Shown: positions 35,235-50,485 of the stretch, in pieces
Numbering within the stretch: the first letter of the stretch is position 1
Layout: every line of letters starts with the position of its first letter
NCBI GenBank assembly: GCA_012295275.1
Contig: CM022672.1
Location: 26,474,001-26,538,000, forward strand
From: Chrysomallon squamiferum
Lineage: Eukaryota > Animalia > Mollusca
Direction: 5' to 3'
Length of the DNA stretch: 64,000 nucleotides
Made by a program: the position numbers and the translations under genes
The notes under the pieces: model-generated
What the model was told of the DNA's origin: nothing
What the model saw: the letters and a program-made list of their open reading frames with translations, nothing else
Database searches by the model: none

Positions 35235-37212
35235 GCAGCTAGTCGTTACGAGCTTAGATGCAGCTAGTCGTTACGTGTTTAGATACTGCAGTCAGGGACT
35301 TCTGTTTTATTTACCGAATATCTTACTTCTGGTTACTTACACGCTAAGTAAAATCTGATGTACATTCAGAATAAAGGTAAACGAGTTTTATTTTTTAAAC
35401 CTTACTGTTCATTATATCTATACATATGTGTATAGTTTGAGTGATTTGTGTGTGTGTCTGTTTTTAATGTTTGCATGTCTGTATGTGTGTGTCAGTTTAA
35501 ATGTATGAGTTGTTGTAATGTTCTCTGTTGTGTATGCTTGTGAGAAAACCACTAATTCCTTTGCGTATTAATTATATAATATACTTGACATACCAACTCA
35601 TTTCCGGTTAACTTTATTGTTTGTAACTTCAAAGAAAAATTATGTTGTGTTCATCCTTACATATCCTTTGATTATGTTTAAAAGGTTTTAAATATTTAGT
35701 TCCATCTACCTTTCTTAGAGGAGTAGAGTAATCTCAAACAATGATCTCAAATTTCTGTTCATTTCAAATACATCTGGACTAGTTACTGCAAAAATAAAAA
35801 ATAAAAATAATAATAAAATAAAAAAATAAAAAAATAAAATATAAAGTTATCAAAACTTATATTATGGTGATTTAACTCTACAAATTGAAATTCTCGGTAA
35901 AATATTTCAAAAGTCAGGCAAATAATTTTCATCGTACTTCTTAAGTAATTTCCTTGCAGTAATTCTGCCATAACACTTGAATTCGAATTAACATTTTAGT
36001 AATTATTTGAAAAAAATCTCTTTGTTATTATTATTGTGTTTTAACTAAAAGGAACAAAAATGCAATATAATAGAATATACAGGATGAAACAACCGGTTAA
36101 TTTTTTCCAAGTAATAACACTGAAAAAAAAAACGATCGAAGTTATCAACGATTTCATAGTCATCTCCACACGATTCATCTTTGTCATAATCAGCATCTTT
36201 GGAGCCTTCTAAAGGAATGATGTGCGCCTAATTAGATTAGTGTAAAATACGTGGGCATCTCAGAACTGGAAGACATTTGTATGGTATCTGTTGTTGTTTT
36301 TTTATCGCTGTACAAAGATGAATTTCTTTTTATTTTGATCGTTATCGTTTTTATGATATTTACATTTGAGAGCATCTCAGAATCACGGACGTAATAAAGA
36401 AAATTGATTTTCCACGCTAATATCTGGGTGATTGAAACCAGTTATAACATTTATCTTGTAATTACGATCTGTCGATCAAAGACATAGGAGTATTTGGAAT
36501 ATTATATTATTTAGACTGTGCAGGATTTGAAACTAGTGCTATGATTAAAATTTACACTCACAGGACGAAAATAAAGCTATAGGCATTTTCTTTTTTTTTT
36601 AATAACAAATTTAAACATTTTCACTAAACATTAATAAAATTTAATATTCAAACATTAAATGTCGTAACGGTGATATAAAACATTACAGCATTTCAGTTTA
36701 CAAATATTAATAAAATTCAGTGTGTTTTCATATAATTCATATACCATTTTATTAAAAACCAGAATAAAATTTAATTAATTATTCATGTACTTAGTCTAAT
36801 ACAATTGAAACAAGTAGGATTACACGTTCACTCATTTTTATCTCACTAACTTATTGAAATTAAATTTAACCATTTACTTTGTATTCTAACGTTTAGAATG
36901 TCACATAACATCTCTACGTTTGGCTCGGCAGTGGTTGGATTTCAGTTAATTGAAAACGCTTGCAAAACACGAAAATGTTGCATCACATTAACTCAGCGAC
37001 ATGGGTCGTTAGATCATGTGAATTACATCAGCAGCTAATAAAACGTGACGAAACAAAAAGAAGGCCACATTTCAACTGAGTACAGATTGTTTCATGAAGT
37101 GATACCACCAACTGACACCTTTACATGTATCGATCGACGTGGATTTCATAAAATATGTATATAATTAAGTATTTAAGTAATTTTATATCCAGTTTATCTA
37201 AATTTATCTTGT

Positions 37213-38570
37213 TATGGTGAAGCCGGGCTCAGTCATTAAGGTATTTTGTGGGCCACTAACAAGAGGGAATTCCAAGATGATGATGTCACTTTTTGTGTTT
37301 GGGGAATGCATGATTTGTCATTTTATTGCCTGAAATATGTCCATGAAGAGCTCAGACTACTTTTGAACTAAGGTAACAAGGGATTTGTCAACTATTGATG
37401 TAGTCCAACACAATATTCCTGTGACTTTATCTGTGCATTCAGCAATGCAATGGCATCATTTTCTGTTTTAAGGAAGGCATAAAAATGGTTAGAAACAGAA
37501 AAAAAGATGAGGGGGAAATTGGAAAGACTGATGAACAAACGATGGAGGAGGCTCTGCAGAATGTCGTTGTGGATGGGAGTAGTATCAGATAAAATGCTCA
37601 AGACTTTGGTATCAAGAACTCAACGTTGCTTCCCTATATGGCGAAGTTCAAAAGAGACTGCAGATAATCTGATAGTGTGTGTGCCAAACTGCAACTGCAG
37701 GCAGGTATTCAGTGCTGAAGAAGAGATGCTACTGAATGTCTGTCTAGTACAGCTGTTCAATATGGGCTGATTAACACACAGGTAAGAGTGTTACCCTAAG
37801 AGCTTGCTATTCGGAATAAAAAGAAATTTCCTGCCCTTGGGAGCAAAACAAGTGTTTTGGCGAGAATTGGTTTTCCTGCTGAGTGAAACGATTTCCAGAG
37901 TTAACGTTACGTCGCCCTGAAGCAACTAGCCTTTCTCCAGCTTCTGTAAAACGAATGTTGGGGAAGTTTAGAATTGAACCGTTTAGAAGTGTTGTCGCCA
38001 TGACTCACCGTCAAACTTAGATTTAGATTATTGATTGAAAACTATCTACCATGTCTGTGTTCATATCAAGGAGTGTTTCACAAGTTATCGATAAGCAGTG
38101 GCTGTCCAACATTACAGTTGACATTCGTGGGGGAATCAACAACATCATCTAGTTATGTGCTCCCCAAATGTTACTAGATATTCTGAAGGACAAAGTGTGG
38201 ACATATAGTTATTTTTTAATTTTACCATGAACCAGCCTATGCATTCTATGTGGCATCTGTTATTGAATTTAGAGTTGCATAAATCTGATTCAAGAGAATT
38301 AAAGTGATTTCCGTTTAAATTAATGATGATTCAATGTGCCCTGGAAGCTGATTCACTCTCTACTGGTCCAGGGCCACAGTGAATCAGTTAAAAAAGAAAA
38401 GAAAAAAAAAAGTAGAAATATTTCTAACCAAAAACATAAGGGAGTTGGCAAGGAACTGATTGCCTTGGCTTTATGCACAACATCCCACATATGATATATG
38501 CAACATCTAATGGAAACTTAATGAAAAAACGATTTTGCTGATTCACTGTGCCCAAGCTTCCCTTCCCCTG
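37213..38570 (+). mobile_element. Decayed pogo-like (CENP-B/Tigger-related DDE) DNA transposon
   Basis: From ATG 37485: MVRNRKK..GKTDEQTMEEALQNVVVDGSSIR*NAQDFGIKNSTL (psq-type HTH), PNCNCRQVFSAEEEMLL, QYGL..QVRVL, and WEQNKCFGENWF..KRFPELTLRRPEATSL (CENP-B-type HTH). Imperfect TIRs are GGTGAAGCCGGGCTCAGTC and CTGATTCACTGTGCCCAAGCTTCCC. Confidence 0.85.
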
Positions 38571-39866
38571 TTTTTTTATTGACAAATTTCAAAATCACAC
38601 TGTCGCACCCATGCATAAACAACAAATGTGTTAGCTATGGTTACAGATAAGTTACATATTGAATAATTTAACTGTCAAGGACACTGTAGTCAATTTAGGT
38701 CAGTTACCTGTATGTCAGTGATCTAGAAGCTACTCTAAAAATAACTGTGAACAAATGTGTTCTCATTATCGCTATGATTACAGATATAATAAATAATTAT
38801 GTTACATTATTATAACGTTACAAAATAGTCACAGAATCAAGGTAATCATACATATTCGTCTGATTCATTCATCTAATTAAATATTATCTACAAATAAAAC
38901 AACTGATACAAAATTTAAAATTTTTTGTTCCATTTGTATTATCAAAATATATTTTTATAACTTTACTTTCAGTTTTAGGTCAAAATAAAAAAAAAAAAAA
39001 AAATAAAAAAAAAAATCACCGTGATACTACAATACTTCTGTAAATAGGTGAGAATTAAAGTAGATTTCACTCCAAAATTAACAGCCACATTAGAAAAATA
39101 TTTTAAAAATGAACAACAGCTATATGCTGGCATATATGATAAACTCAATAAGCCTTTTATAATTAAATGTCCAAATCGTAATACAATTTGTATTAATAAA
39201 TTAATAATGGACGTAACCGTTGGCCTTTTTAGTAAAAATTAAGTTTGACCATTTGTTTGTCAAAATAATATTATTCGAAATAATCAAAATAAATTGATGT
39301 ACTTATCATTTTTATTACTTCAGATATTTTATTTAAAAATAACTAAGGCGAATATGTTAAATGCAACTTTTAACTAAATAAAAATAAAAATAAAAATAAA
39401 AAAGTACGATAAATTGTTCATGAAATCACGCCCAATGCTTTCATCCTTATTCACTCTCAAATGTTTATCCGTAGACGTGTAACTAATCCTTTGAAAAGAC
39501 TCGATATCACTTGACTCTCAGTACACTCTTTGTCAGCAAAAAATGGAAAAACCACCAACAAAACAACAAATAGATAAATAAAAGTTAAAACAAAAATAGA
39601 GCTGAAATAAATTTAAAAAATAAAATAAAATAAACCAATAAATATGAACGGTTGAATGATGAATGAACGAACGAACGAACGAACGAATGAATAAAGTAAT
39701 TAAATAAAATAATAATAACAAACAAATTTGAAAAACAAAAAAGAAAACTATCAAAATTACTCTCAAAACAAAGGAAACTAAATACAACTATCGAATTCAT
39801 AAACAACAAGAAGAAGGACACCAGCAACAGAAAAACACTAGAATGAATAAATAAATAAACTTGAGG

Positions 39867-39900
<34 letters not shown>

Positions 39901-40288
39901 CATTCCTTCATAGTTGTAATTACTAATTTTATTCAGATATTTTACCTACTAAAATGCCATTAATATTTCTGTCAAGTACTGTCAGATGTTAGTATGAGAA
40001 CCGGATGACAATCCTTCGTTGACCTTTCATTTTTCAATAACACAATTATCATTATCAAATCTGAGGGGATTTTTTTGTCATTTAAACATCTAACAAGGAT
40101 AATTCTATCCAGTGTGTGGAAATACTGCAACAAGTACATTGTGTTATATTTTGGCTGCTAAATAAAAAAAGTTTGGCCTCCATCAGTTAAGTATGCATAC
40201 ATATATATATTTCTTTCATTTATTTAGAAATGTCATATTCCGTTAATCATTCAGTTAATGTTAAACTGCAGCTTTGTCATATGTGTGT

Positions 40289-40408
<120 letters not shown>

Positions 40409-40528
40409 CAGTTTCTTTTTCAAAATTTAATTTACCCATCCCCAAAATATCGTTATTGTTTTTTAAAGATATAATATATGTGGAAATATACTAAATTAAT
40501 ATTATTATTTTTTGGTTCAGATGCTAAG

Positions 40529-41009
40529 ATGACTGACTGTGAAAGCAGACAAAACGACGTGAACAACAGTTCACCTAACATCGTCATACAGAACCCTGGT
40601 GAAGACGTGAAACCAGTGGTTCCAGATAAAGAGGTGAAGCGACTGGTAAAACGATTGTACGGCCTCAACGTGACCAAGTTTTCGCCTCTCAACAGCTACG
40701 ACGACGTTAACTTCTACATCGAGGTTGACGAGAACAACTACTCGAACCCGTACCTGAGAAGTGTTGACAAGAGTTATGTTCTCAAAGTGTTTAACAGCAT
40801 GGATTCACAACGACCAGACTTGACAGGTTGGTGTCGTGATGGGGAAAAACTAACCAGAGAAAACAAATTGTCTTTTAACGCGAATAACATCACCAATGAT
40901 TTCATTTGATTTGTATAAAAATAACATCTCACATTTCTGGCATATCAGAGAGTGTTTTCTTTCTGTTGCGGCAGAGGGGGACGACAGAGAGAGATATGGT
41001 GGGATTGGG

Positions 41010-41092
<83 letters not shown>

Positions 41093-41682
41093 TGTGCACA
41101 CCAACATCTATAATTCATACCTTTACTTTCGATTGTTTAACATAGAGTTTTCCAGTTAATGATTAATTTTGTTTTACTATTTTATTTTTTTTCAATTTAG
41201 AGGCTCAGCATGCTTATATGGAACACATGAATAAAAATGGTATACGAGTCCAGCGCCCAATACAGAACGTTCAAGGTGAATTTTGGTCAGTTGAAAGTAT
41301 ACCCACAGACGATGCAGGTACTTTTACATTTAATAACTTTATATACGTAGCTAAAGCGTGACATATGCAAAATGTAATCTTTTGAATAATGTTTGTTAAA
41401 AACAGTTTTATTCAAAACTTTTCTCACGAATATTATTGTAATACTCTGAGAAAAGTATTTTGACAAATGGTATATCGTAACTTTTATCAGTAGTCTGAGG
41501 TTCAGAATTAAAGCACAAGAGTTTTTAATATCCAATCAAAACTTCTGTGATGCTTGCTTCAACTTTTAATTTATCTGTTAACTTGCTGATTCACCCAAAT
41601 TAAACAAAGATTTGAAACAAAATAATTAAAGATACTTTGTGATTATTTATATTTTAATGTTTGTACATAGTTTTCAAATCTG

Positions 41683-41716
<34 letters not shown>

Positions 41717-43364
41717 GCATCTGCAAATATTTGGAATGAATAAAGTGGATAAATTTCTTTCATGACAAAATTTTCAGATGAATCTTTTAGTAGTCACTGG
41801 GTTGAAATTCGTACTTTCGTTCCTGGTATTGTCATAGCTAAGGTGCCCTACACACCGGATCTGCTGACGAAGACGGGAGCTTTCATAGGTCGCTTGCGAT
41901 TGGCTAGTCAGGTAAGCGACAACCAATCGTAACAGCTAGTTTATTTTTATTCATCCGATCACGTAAGTAATAACAGTCATCAGAATTATCGCGATTGCTG
42001 ATATTTGTTCAGCATAAATAATAGCATACCAACCAGATTCAGCTTTTATTAATAAATATTTTTAACTCTGTGAATGTACAGATCATGATAACTAAAATAA
42101 CTGTTATTCTCAGTCAACAATTTGTGGAGAATGATAATTCTTCAGTGAACAGATTTCTTCAGAATTTTAATATTTATTTGTCTTTCTTTAAAGGAAATGG
42201 AATGCGTGAAAATTCACAATTTATATTAAAATTATTTTTTAGCGTCGAAGTTCAAATCACTATTCTAGGTATTTAACCAAAGCTACTGTAAGGGCTCTTC
42301 CAATATTTACGTATCAAATTTAACAGCGGAGATCAACAGTTTTTTTTGGATTTTGGACAGATTTGAGAAAAACACGTTTTTTTTGTTGTTGTTTCTTTTT
42401 AGAATTTTATGCATCCGTTTTACAAAGGATACTACAGTTTGTGGTCTCTGACGTATGTGACAAAATTGCGTCATTACTTGTTCTGTGTGACCGACATTGA
42501 AAATAAAAATCTGGTTGAAGACGTACTTGACACGTATGATAGAGATGTCGTACCAAAATACAGCCAGCTACCTATGGGTAAGCGAGAATTTCAATATCAT
42601 CCCCAACCGGAAAAAGACAATCCCCCACCCCCCAAAAAACCCAACGAGCAAAAGCAAACGAATATATATATATATATAAAATTAAAAAAACAACAAAAAA
42701 ACAAAAAAATACTTGCGCTCAAATATTAATCTAATATAATTTAAGCTAATTATCTACATTATATCGCAGAAAAATATATATTGCTTTTAGGATACTTGCA
42801 CTAGTTCTAGAGCTTCAGCATATTAATATCTCAAAGAACATCAATTAAAGTTAAAATAAAGGTATTTTAAAGTGATTTAACTAATGGTAACGAGCAGTTA
42901 TTGTTATTATTTCAAAAGGCTGTGTTCATGGTGATACGAATGAGCAGAACATTTTAGTTCAGAAGCAGATGAATGAAGATACCTCTTCAGTCGACAATCA
43001 GTATTCCATCAGCGGCCTCCTCGACTACACCGATGTCAGCGAGAGTTACCTCATTATCGACCTGGCTATCTGCATTGCGTACATGATGATTGACGCCGAT
43101 GAAAATCTCCGATTGGACGTTGGAAGTCACTTGCTGCGTGGGTATAAGAACCACGTGACTGTTTCGCGTGCAGAACTGGAAGTTCTTCCGATCATGGTGG
43201 CAGCTCGACTGTGCCAGTCTTTGGTGCTTGGACTTCACGCAAATTACGTGAATCCAGAAAACACCTATGTTCTGACCACGCAGAAGGCCTGGTCAGTACT
43301 TCGTACATTTTGGGATGCCAAAGATTCCTTGTTCACAGAATGGGAACGTCTTGTCCTCAGCTAA
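40529..43364 (+). CDS. HYKK: Hydroxylysine kinase (aminoglycoside phosphotransferase domain protein), ~389 aa. Exons 40529-40826, 41201-41317, 41778-41911, 42403-42577, 42919-43364
   Basis: Motifs LYGL..LNSYDDVNF, YVLKVFNS, catalytic loop VHGDTNEQNILV, GLLDYTD, DLAICIAYMM and RLCQSLVLG..NPENTYVL match HYKK/AGPHD1. Exons sum to 1170 nt. An acceptor at 40520 implies an upstream exon. Confidence 0.88.
41012..41090. repeat. (GA)n microsatellite in HYKK intron 1
   Basis: Direct reading. Confidence 0.95.
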
Positions 43365-44540
43365 GACTGAATATTTTGCAGCCTTTATGCGTGTATGTTC
43401 ATTTCATTTCGGTTTCTATTTGACAGTTGTACCGTTTACTTTTTTATGACAACATACAGCATATATACTCAAACATCACACATCTGTTACAGGAAAGAAT
43501 AAATTTGTTATTATTATTTATCTTCATATCTGTAACATTCGTAAAACAATTATATTAATATACTTCTTTTGTTAAAATTACGGGTATATATATTTTGGTT
43601 TAGAAACAACAACAACAAAAAAAAAAAAAAAAAACAATACAAAACAACTGCTGAATGCTTGTTTTATTGTTTAATATAACTAAGTTTAAAGAATGCAAAT
43701 ATTAAATTTTGAGAACTTTATATTTAACAATAAAACAACAACAGCAACCACAGTAATAATAAGAATAAAATAAATAAGTCATACGATTTTTGTCTCGAAA
43801 ACAAATTTTTTTATTACTGATATGTATTATTCTGCTAATGTGGATTATTTTTTTAATATTAATAAAGTTTATATTGCATGTAACTAATTTTAGCATGGAA
43901 ATTATATTCTATAGTATAATAAAAATTAATTTCTTTTTAAACAATAAGTCATTTTATGTTTATATTACGAAAATTATAATATTGTCTGTGTTTATATTAA
44001 ATGAAATATTTAATAGTTAGAATTTTATTTAATTTTTGTTCTACTTGAGATTCTGTTTGAATTACTTATTTTGTATTTTCTGAAGGCAGCATTCCGTAGC
44101 AATGCAAATGGCCGCTACTACTGTTTCTTTCAAAATGGCGAATTCCCCAACCTGAAAATGTTACATTAATTTATTATCTGTTTAAAAGCAGTATTAGATC
44201 AAATATCAGTTAATTTTGTTAGGGGAATTTCTTATAAACATGTAATTGAAAATCCGAAAACAAAGCGAAACAGTGAAATAGGTAAAAATAACAACTGGAA
44301 TGTTAGGGGAAAAAATAATCGTGAAAAAGGAAAACAGTCGATTACGTTGAATAGATTATTTACTGGATCATTTAAATCTTTCTTCATCCAAATTCTACTT
44401 TCAGTTTGACAAATAAACCCCTGATTTATTGTTTAACAGCATTCGAAGCTTAAGCGGCAGTGCGCGACACATAAACATTAACGCCTCTGAAATAACGATC
44501 ACTCTAATATGCTCGTCTGCAGAAGTAAACATCAAAAAGG

Positions 44541-44760
<220 letters not shown>

Positions 44761-45245
44761 CTAAGCAAAGTAAAAATCATATGGATTAGACTTATATCCC
44801 TTTAGTGATATATGTCCACAAACATAGGTTAGAGTTAGGTCCCTTACGTGAGATGTACTCACTAAACAAAGTATAAATTATATCGAATAGACTTATATCC
44901 CTTTAGTGATATATGTCCACAAACATAGGTTAGAGTTAGGTCCCTTACGTGAGATGTACTCACTAAACAAAGTATAAATTATATCGAATAGACTTATCTC
45001 CCTTTAGTGATATATGTCCACAAACATAGGTTAGAGTTAGGTCCCTTACGTGAGATGTACTCACTAAACATTGTGTCATTTGATAGAATCAGTTTCTTAA
45101 TATCAGAATTTATTATTTGTTTTTCTATTTTATTAATATTCTGAATTTATTTGTTTTAAAATGCTCTGGCTTTTTTTTTAATTAATTCAATTTTGTTTCT
45201 TTTTGTATTGTATATGCATTAAGTACAGAGGTTTTCTGTGTGGAA

Positions 45246-45281
<36 letters not shown>

Positions 45282-45445
45282 ATACTAAGCAAAGAAAAAA
45301 TAATATTTATTAGACTTGTCTCCTTTTAGTGATATGTGCTCACAGATTAGAGTTAGGTCCCTTACGTGAGATGTACTCACTATGCAAAGTAAAAATTATA
45401 TCGATTGGACTTATCTACCTTCAGTGATATATGTCCACAAACATA
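44761..45445. repeat. 101-bp tandem minisatellite (about 3 near-identical units 44787-45070 plus diverged units 45285-45445)
   Basis: TAGACTTATATCCCTTTAGTGATATATGTCCACAAAC...GTCCCTTACGTGAGATGTACTCACT recurs at 44787, 44888, 44989 and ~45311. Confidence 0.95.
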
Positions 45446-45446
45446 T

Positions 45447-47085
45447 TTCCAGTATTTCCCGACCCCCGGGAATAGTGCCACACGGGTTTTCAGTTTTTGA
45501 AAACCGAATTTTTTCAAGTTTCGTTGAAAATGCCAGGGGTACCTTATTCAAAGTGGAATAACTTTTTCTCCGCACGCGGCAAAAATGGGACGCACATACC
45601 CAAAAGCGGGGCAAGGGCTGCCCGACACGGGTGAAAAGTGCCGCACGCCCCACCGAACGGACACAACTCGTTTCCTACACTTGAACAAAAAACGCAATTA
45701 TTTTGAAAACTTGCTCGTTTTTTTCTCACACGCATTTTCAAAAGGTGCAGCATCTTTCGTAAATGTTGGAAACGTTTTCACCACACTCGCCCCGACGTCG
45801 AGCAACTTATTCACACGTCGAAATATTTTTACCGATCCCCGGGCGCAGTGTCAAACGGGTTTTCAGTTTTTGAAAACCGCATTTTTTCAAGTTTCGTTGA
45901 AAACGCGAGGGGTACCTTATTCTAAGTGGAATAACTTTTTCTCCGCACAATGCAAAAATGGGGTGCACATACCCAAAAGTGGGGATAGGGTTGCCTGACA
46001 CGTGTTAAAAGTGCCGCACGCCCCACCCAAGGGTAACAACTTGTTTACGACACGTGCACAAAAAACGCACATATTTTGAAAATGTACTCGTTTTTTTTTT
46101 TCACACGCATTTTCAAAAGGTGCAGCACCTTTTGTAAATGTTGGAAACGTTTTTACTACACTCGCCCCGACGGCGTGCACCTTTTGCACACGTTGAAATA
46201 TTTTTACCGACCCGCGGGCATAGTGCCACACGGGTTTTCATTTTTTGAAACACAAGGGGAACAACTCGTTTCCGAGACGTGCGCAAAAAACGCACATATT
46301 TTGAAAATTTGCTGGGGGGTTTTTCACACGCATTTTCAAAAGGTGCACCACCTTTCGTAAATGTTGGAAACGTTTTTGCCACACTCGCCACGACGGTGCT
46401 CTTCTTTTAGACACGTTCAAATATTTTTCCCGACCACCGGGCATAATGCCACACGGATTTTCAATTTTTGAAGTTTCACACGCATGAAAAATTTTGAAGT
46501 TTCGTTGAAAACGCCAGGGTTACCTTATTCAAAGTGGAAGAACTTTTTCTCCGCACAATGCAAAAATGGGGCGCACATACCCAAAGTTGGCGCAACGGTT
46601 GCCCGACACGTGTGAAAAGTGCCGCACGCCCCACCCAAGGGGAACAACTCGTTTTCGACACGTGCAGAAAAAACGCACATATTTTTGAAATTTGCCCGGT
46701 TTTTTTTTAAACGCATTTTCAAAAGGTGCAGCACCTTTTGTAAATGTTCGAAACGATTTTGCCACACTCGCCCCGACGGCGCGCACCTTTTATACACGCT
46801 CAAATATTTTTCCCGACCCCCGGGCATAGTGCCACACGGGTTTTCATTTTTTGAAACCGAATTTTTGTAAGTTTCGTTGATAACGCCAGGGGTACCTTAT
46901 TCAAAGTGGAATAACTTTTTCTCCGCACGCATAAAACAAGGCGCACATACCCAAAAGTGGGGCAAGGGTTGCCCGACACGGATGAAAAGTGCCGCACGCC
47001 CCACCCAAGGGGAAAAGTGCAGCACTTTTGTAAATGTTGGAAACGTTTTTGCCACACTCGCCCCGACAGCGCTCACCTTTTGCAA
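45447..47085. repeat. GC-richer ~373-bp satellite array (about 4.5 units, some internally deleted) with CENP-B-box-like motif
   Basis: The anchor motif TTTCGTTGA recurs at 45519, 45892, 46500 and 46872 (spacings 373, 608, 372). Shared blocks include GTACCTTATTCAAAGTGG, AAAAGTGCCGCACGCCCC and AAATGTTGGAAACG. Confidence 0.92.
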
Positions 47086-47782
47086 TTTCAATTCCATGGC
47101 ATAAACAATAAAAAGCGCGGATGTTAGTGAAATAACAATTTGTTACGTAATCTGAATTCTGTGACAGTGTGTGTGTGTGTGTGTGTACGAAAACAGAAAC
47201 AAAAAAATAACAACAACAACAAAGAAACAAACCCTCCAAAATTCCCACAGATATGTTTGGCAAATTTTAATTACTTTGGAAAATAAATAAATAAATAAAA
47301 CAAATTTTAGTAATATGTCCGCGTTTTTAGTTACAGTTATTGATTTTCATTCGGGAGCTAACTCTTGAAAAGAAATGAAATCAGTAATAGTAAATGCTCA
47401 AGAGTAATCTCCCATGATCTACTTTATAAAACGATTATTTTTCAGTCGATAATTTCTACTTTTGTTTATATCAACAGTGCACAATTTATTAATTATTGAC
47501 GTGTTACTGGTAAGATTATTCTACATAGAGACATAAAATATTTTATTTGTCAGATTAGGGATGGAGTGGCAAATTAATAATTAAAATTGATCTCATTGAT
47601 GTATAATACTATATAATTATAAAGTAATCACAAAGGTAATGAAGGATGTAAAAATATATTCACAAATAAATAGACAAATGAATGACCAAAATTCTTTTCC
47701 TTCCTCGTCTTCTTTTTTTATAATTATTTATTATTATTATTATTGTTATACCTATGTAGTACAGGTAAATAAAAAATAATAT

Positions 47783-47826
<44 letters not shown>

Positions 47827-47845
47827 GTACTACTACTTGTACTGA

Positions 47846-47878
<33 letters not shown>

Positions 47879-47910
47879 CTCTACTACTACTACTACTACA
47901 GTTACTACTA
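47783..47910. repeat. (TAC)n microsatellite
   Basis: Direct reading. Confidence 0.9.
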
Positions 47911-48240
47911 TTTTTAATGCTAATATTGTTGTTGTTGTTATTTATATTATCATTACGCAAACAGTTTACAGTTGTTTAGAATATGTAAGCGGGACATAAT
48001 ATGAACACGAGAAATGAAAGTTTAGAAACAAATTACAGAAATTATAAAACCCCCCAAAAGTTAGAATTAATATAACTTGGACGTGCAAAGAAATGAAATA
48101 TAACAAATGAACAAACAAACGAAGACAAATTATAATGAAATAAAATAAACAAATAAAATAAACTACCAACCAGACGAATAACAGAAAAAAAGAAAAAAGT
48201 AAAATGAAATGAAATAAAATAAAATAGCAAAAGATAACAA

Positions 48241-48275
<35 letters not shown>

Positions 48276-48760
48276 TAATAATAATAATTAATAAAATAAA
48301 AATAAATGTCGATGTATTTTCAGTTGTTTTTCGTTCGCCTATATTGAACGTTTCTTGGAAGAAACTAACTAAAAACACAGATGTTTACCACGTTACAGAT
48401 GACGTCACCAAACCACTTACGATTTTTATTATTTTATTTACATCCTACAACAGTTTATTACCTTAATGTGAGCGCAAATATTCGTAAACAAATCAGTTAT
48501 TATTTTATCGTATTTTTTTATGTTGGTTCGTTTTGTCCAGAAATATTACTTTCTATTGTAGTCTGTAATAAATTTAATATAAAAATACTATAGAGTGAAT
48601 TTCACCCACAGGGTAATAACCTTTTATATATATATATATATATATACAGTTCTACTGCTACACCTATATATATATATATAGCATTAAGTGAAGTAGTAGA
48701 CCTGTCCCTGGCATGAACAGATTGTTTGTAGTATATATGTTTAAATAAATAAAAATAAAA

Positions 48761-48798
<38 letters not shown>

Positions 48799-49648
48799 TT
48801 TTTTACAGCATAAATATATAATTCTAGGTACTACGACAGGTATTCCTGACGCTGCTGTTGTATTTACCACTACTACATAACAACAACTGTATAGACTCGT
48901 TCTACTACTTCTGCTATACAACTACTACTACTACTAGTACACTACTACTACTACTATTGCCAGTACAGCTACTTCTGTTACTGCTACTACTGTTATTACT
49001 ACTACTAAACAAAAAGCATCTGAATACTTTATTGTGAAAACATTTCCTTCGGTCTTCTTATCTTCAGAATTTCTAATCTGCATACTTGTGACAGAAAAAC
49101 ACACGGAACAAAGGCGTCTCTTTGCAAACATTTACAAAACAACAGAGTAGCTTAATGGATCATCCAGTTGCATTAAGTTCTGCAGGTTTCTTTTATAAAT
49201 TATTAAATAATATTTTAGTTTGAAATGCAAAAGAAAATATATTTTCTGCTCATTCATTAAAACAATACGTTACTATTTCTGTAGTCTACATGTTTCTGTT
49301 GGTTTTGTCCTCTTTGACGTTACCGTAACAATAGCAGCAACTACAGCATCATCAGAAACATTTTCATCGTTGACAACGATGACAACAAAAAACATCAGTA
49401 TTACAAACTACTTCTTTTAGTGTTATTGCTATGCTACTAACACAACATTACGACATCTGCTACTTCTACCACGTTTCCATTTATTAACACTGCTGCATCT
49501 ACTGTTACAACATCTACGACTACAGCTGCTGACTCACACATATTCGGAAAAAAAAAAATTATATATATATATATAAATAAATAAAAGTAAAAAAACCCCC
49601 AAAAACAATATAAGAAAAGAAAGCCTAAAAATATTGATGTATATAGAC

Positions 49649-49683
<35 letters not shown>

Positions 49684-50452
49684 TACACAAATACGCACAC
49701 AAACACGCACACACACACACACACACACACATACACGAGACATAAATAATATTTATACAGCATGTTTACAAAAGTGAAGTAAATAACTGTGATAACAGCA
49801 TGAAAGGGTAATAAAAAGACTATTTTTTAATCTTCAAACGCTTCACTTGTTTTTACCAGCATGCTGAAACACGTTGCAGTACCGCTGTTGTTACCGATCA
49901 CTCGAAACTGTTGCAGCTCATTGTGCAGACGTAACACCCTAAACGACTGGATATTCGTCAACAACATCCGGTTTCTCTCAACAACAAAACATAACTCTTA
50001 AACAAAAGAGTTTATCACGTTCGATAGAAATATTAAAAAAGAAAAAGAAAAAAAGGTTTTTATGTTGTAGCTTGTGCTTTTATTTTATTACTGATTTTAA
50101 TTTTGTTTGTTATTATTTTTTTCGATCGGGAGATTAAATACTAAGTTACAACCCCACGCTCATTTTGTTTAATCTCAAAACAACAAGTCAACCATCATAC
50201 AGTGTTACAAACAAAACGGAAGTTGAAATCTTATATTCAAATCCTTTAAAAAATATTTATAATGTTGCTAATGGCAACAGCCAATACAATGTTTTTGTCT
50301 ATGGCTGGCGTTTTAATTCAAGGTTGTGATATTTTGAAGAAATAAATTTTCATCTTGCACTACAAGCCAAGGGCGGAGACCTAGGACAATCGTTATGATC
50401 GCTAGATTGGTTAAAGAAAAACTCACTTATTGTATTACGTAGATTGAGCAGG

Positions 50453-50485
<33 letters not shown>

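Noticed and set aside
45411-47263. Cluster of overlapping 64-137 aa ORFs
   Set aside because: They are by-products of the GC-richer satellite and occur in several frames on both strands.
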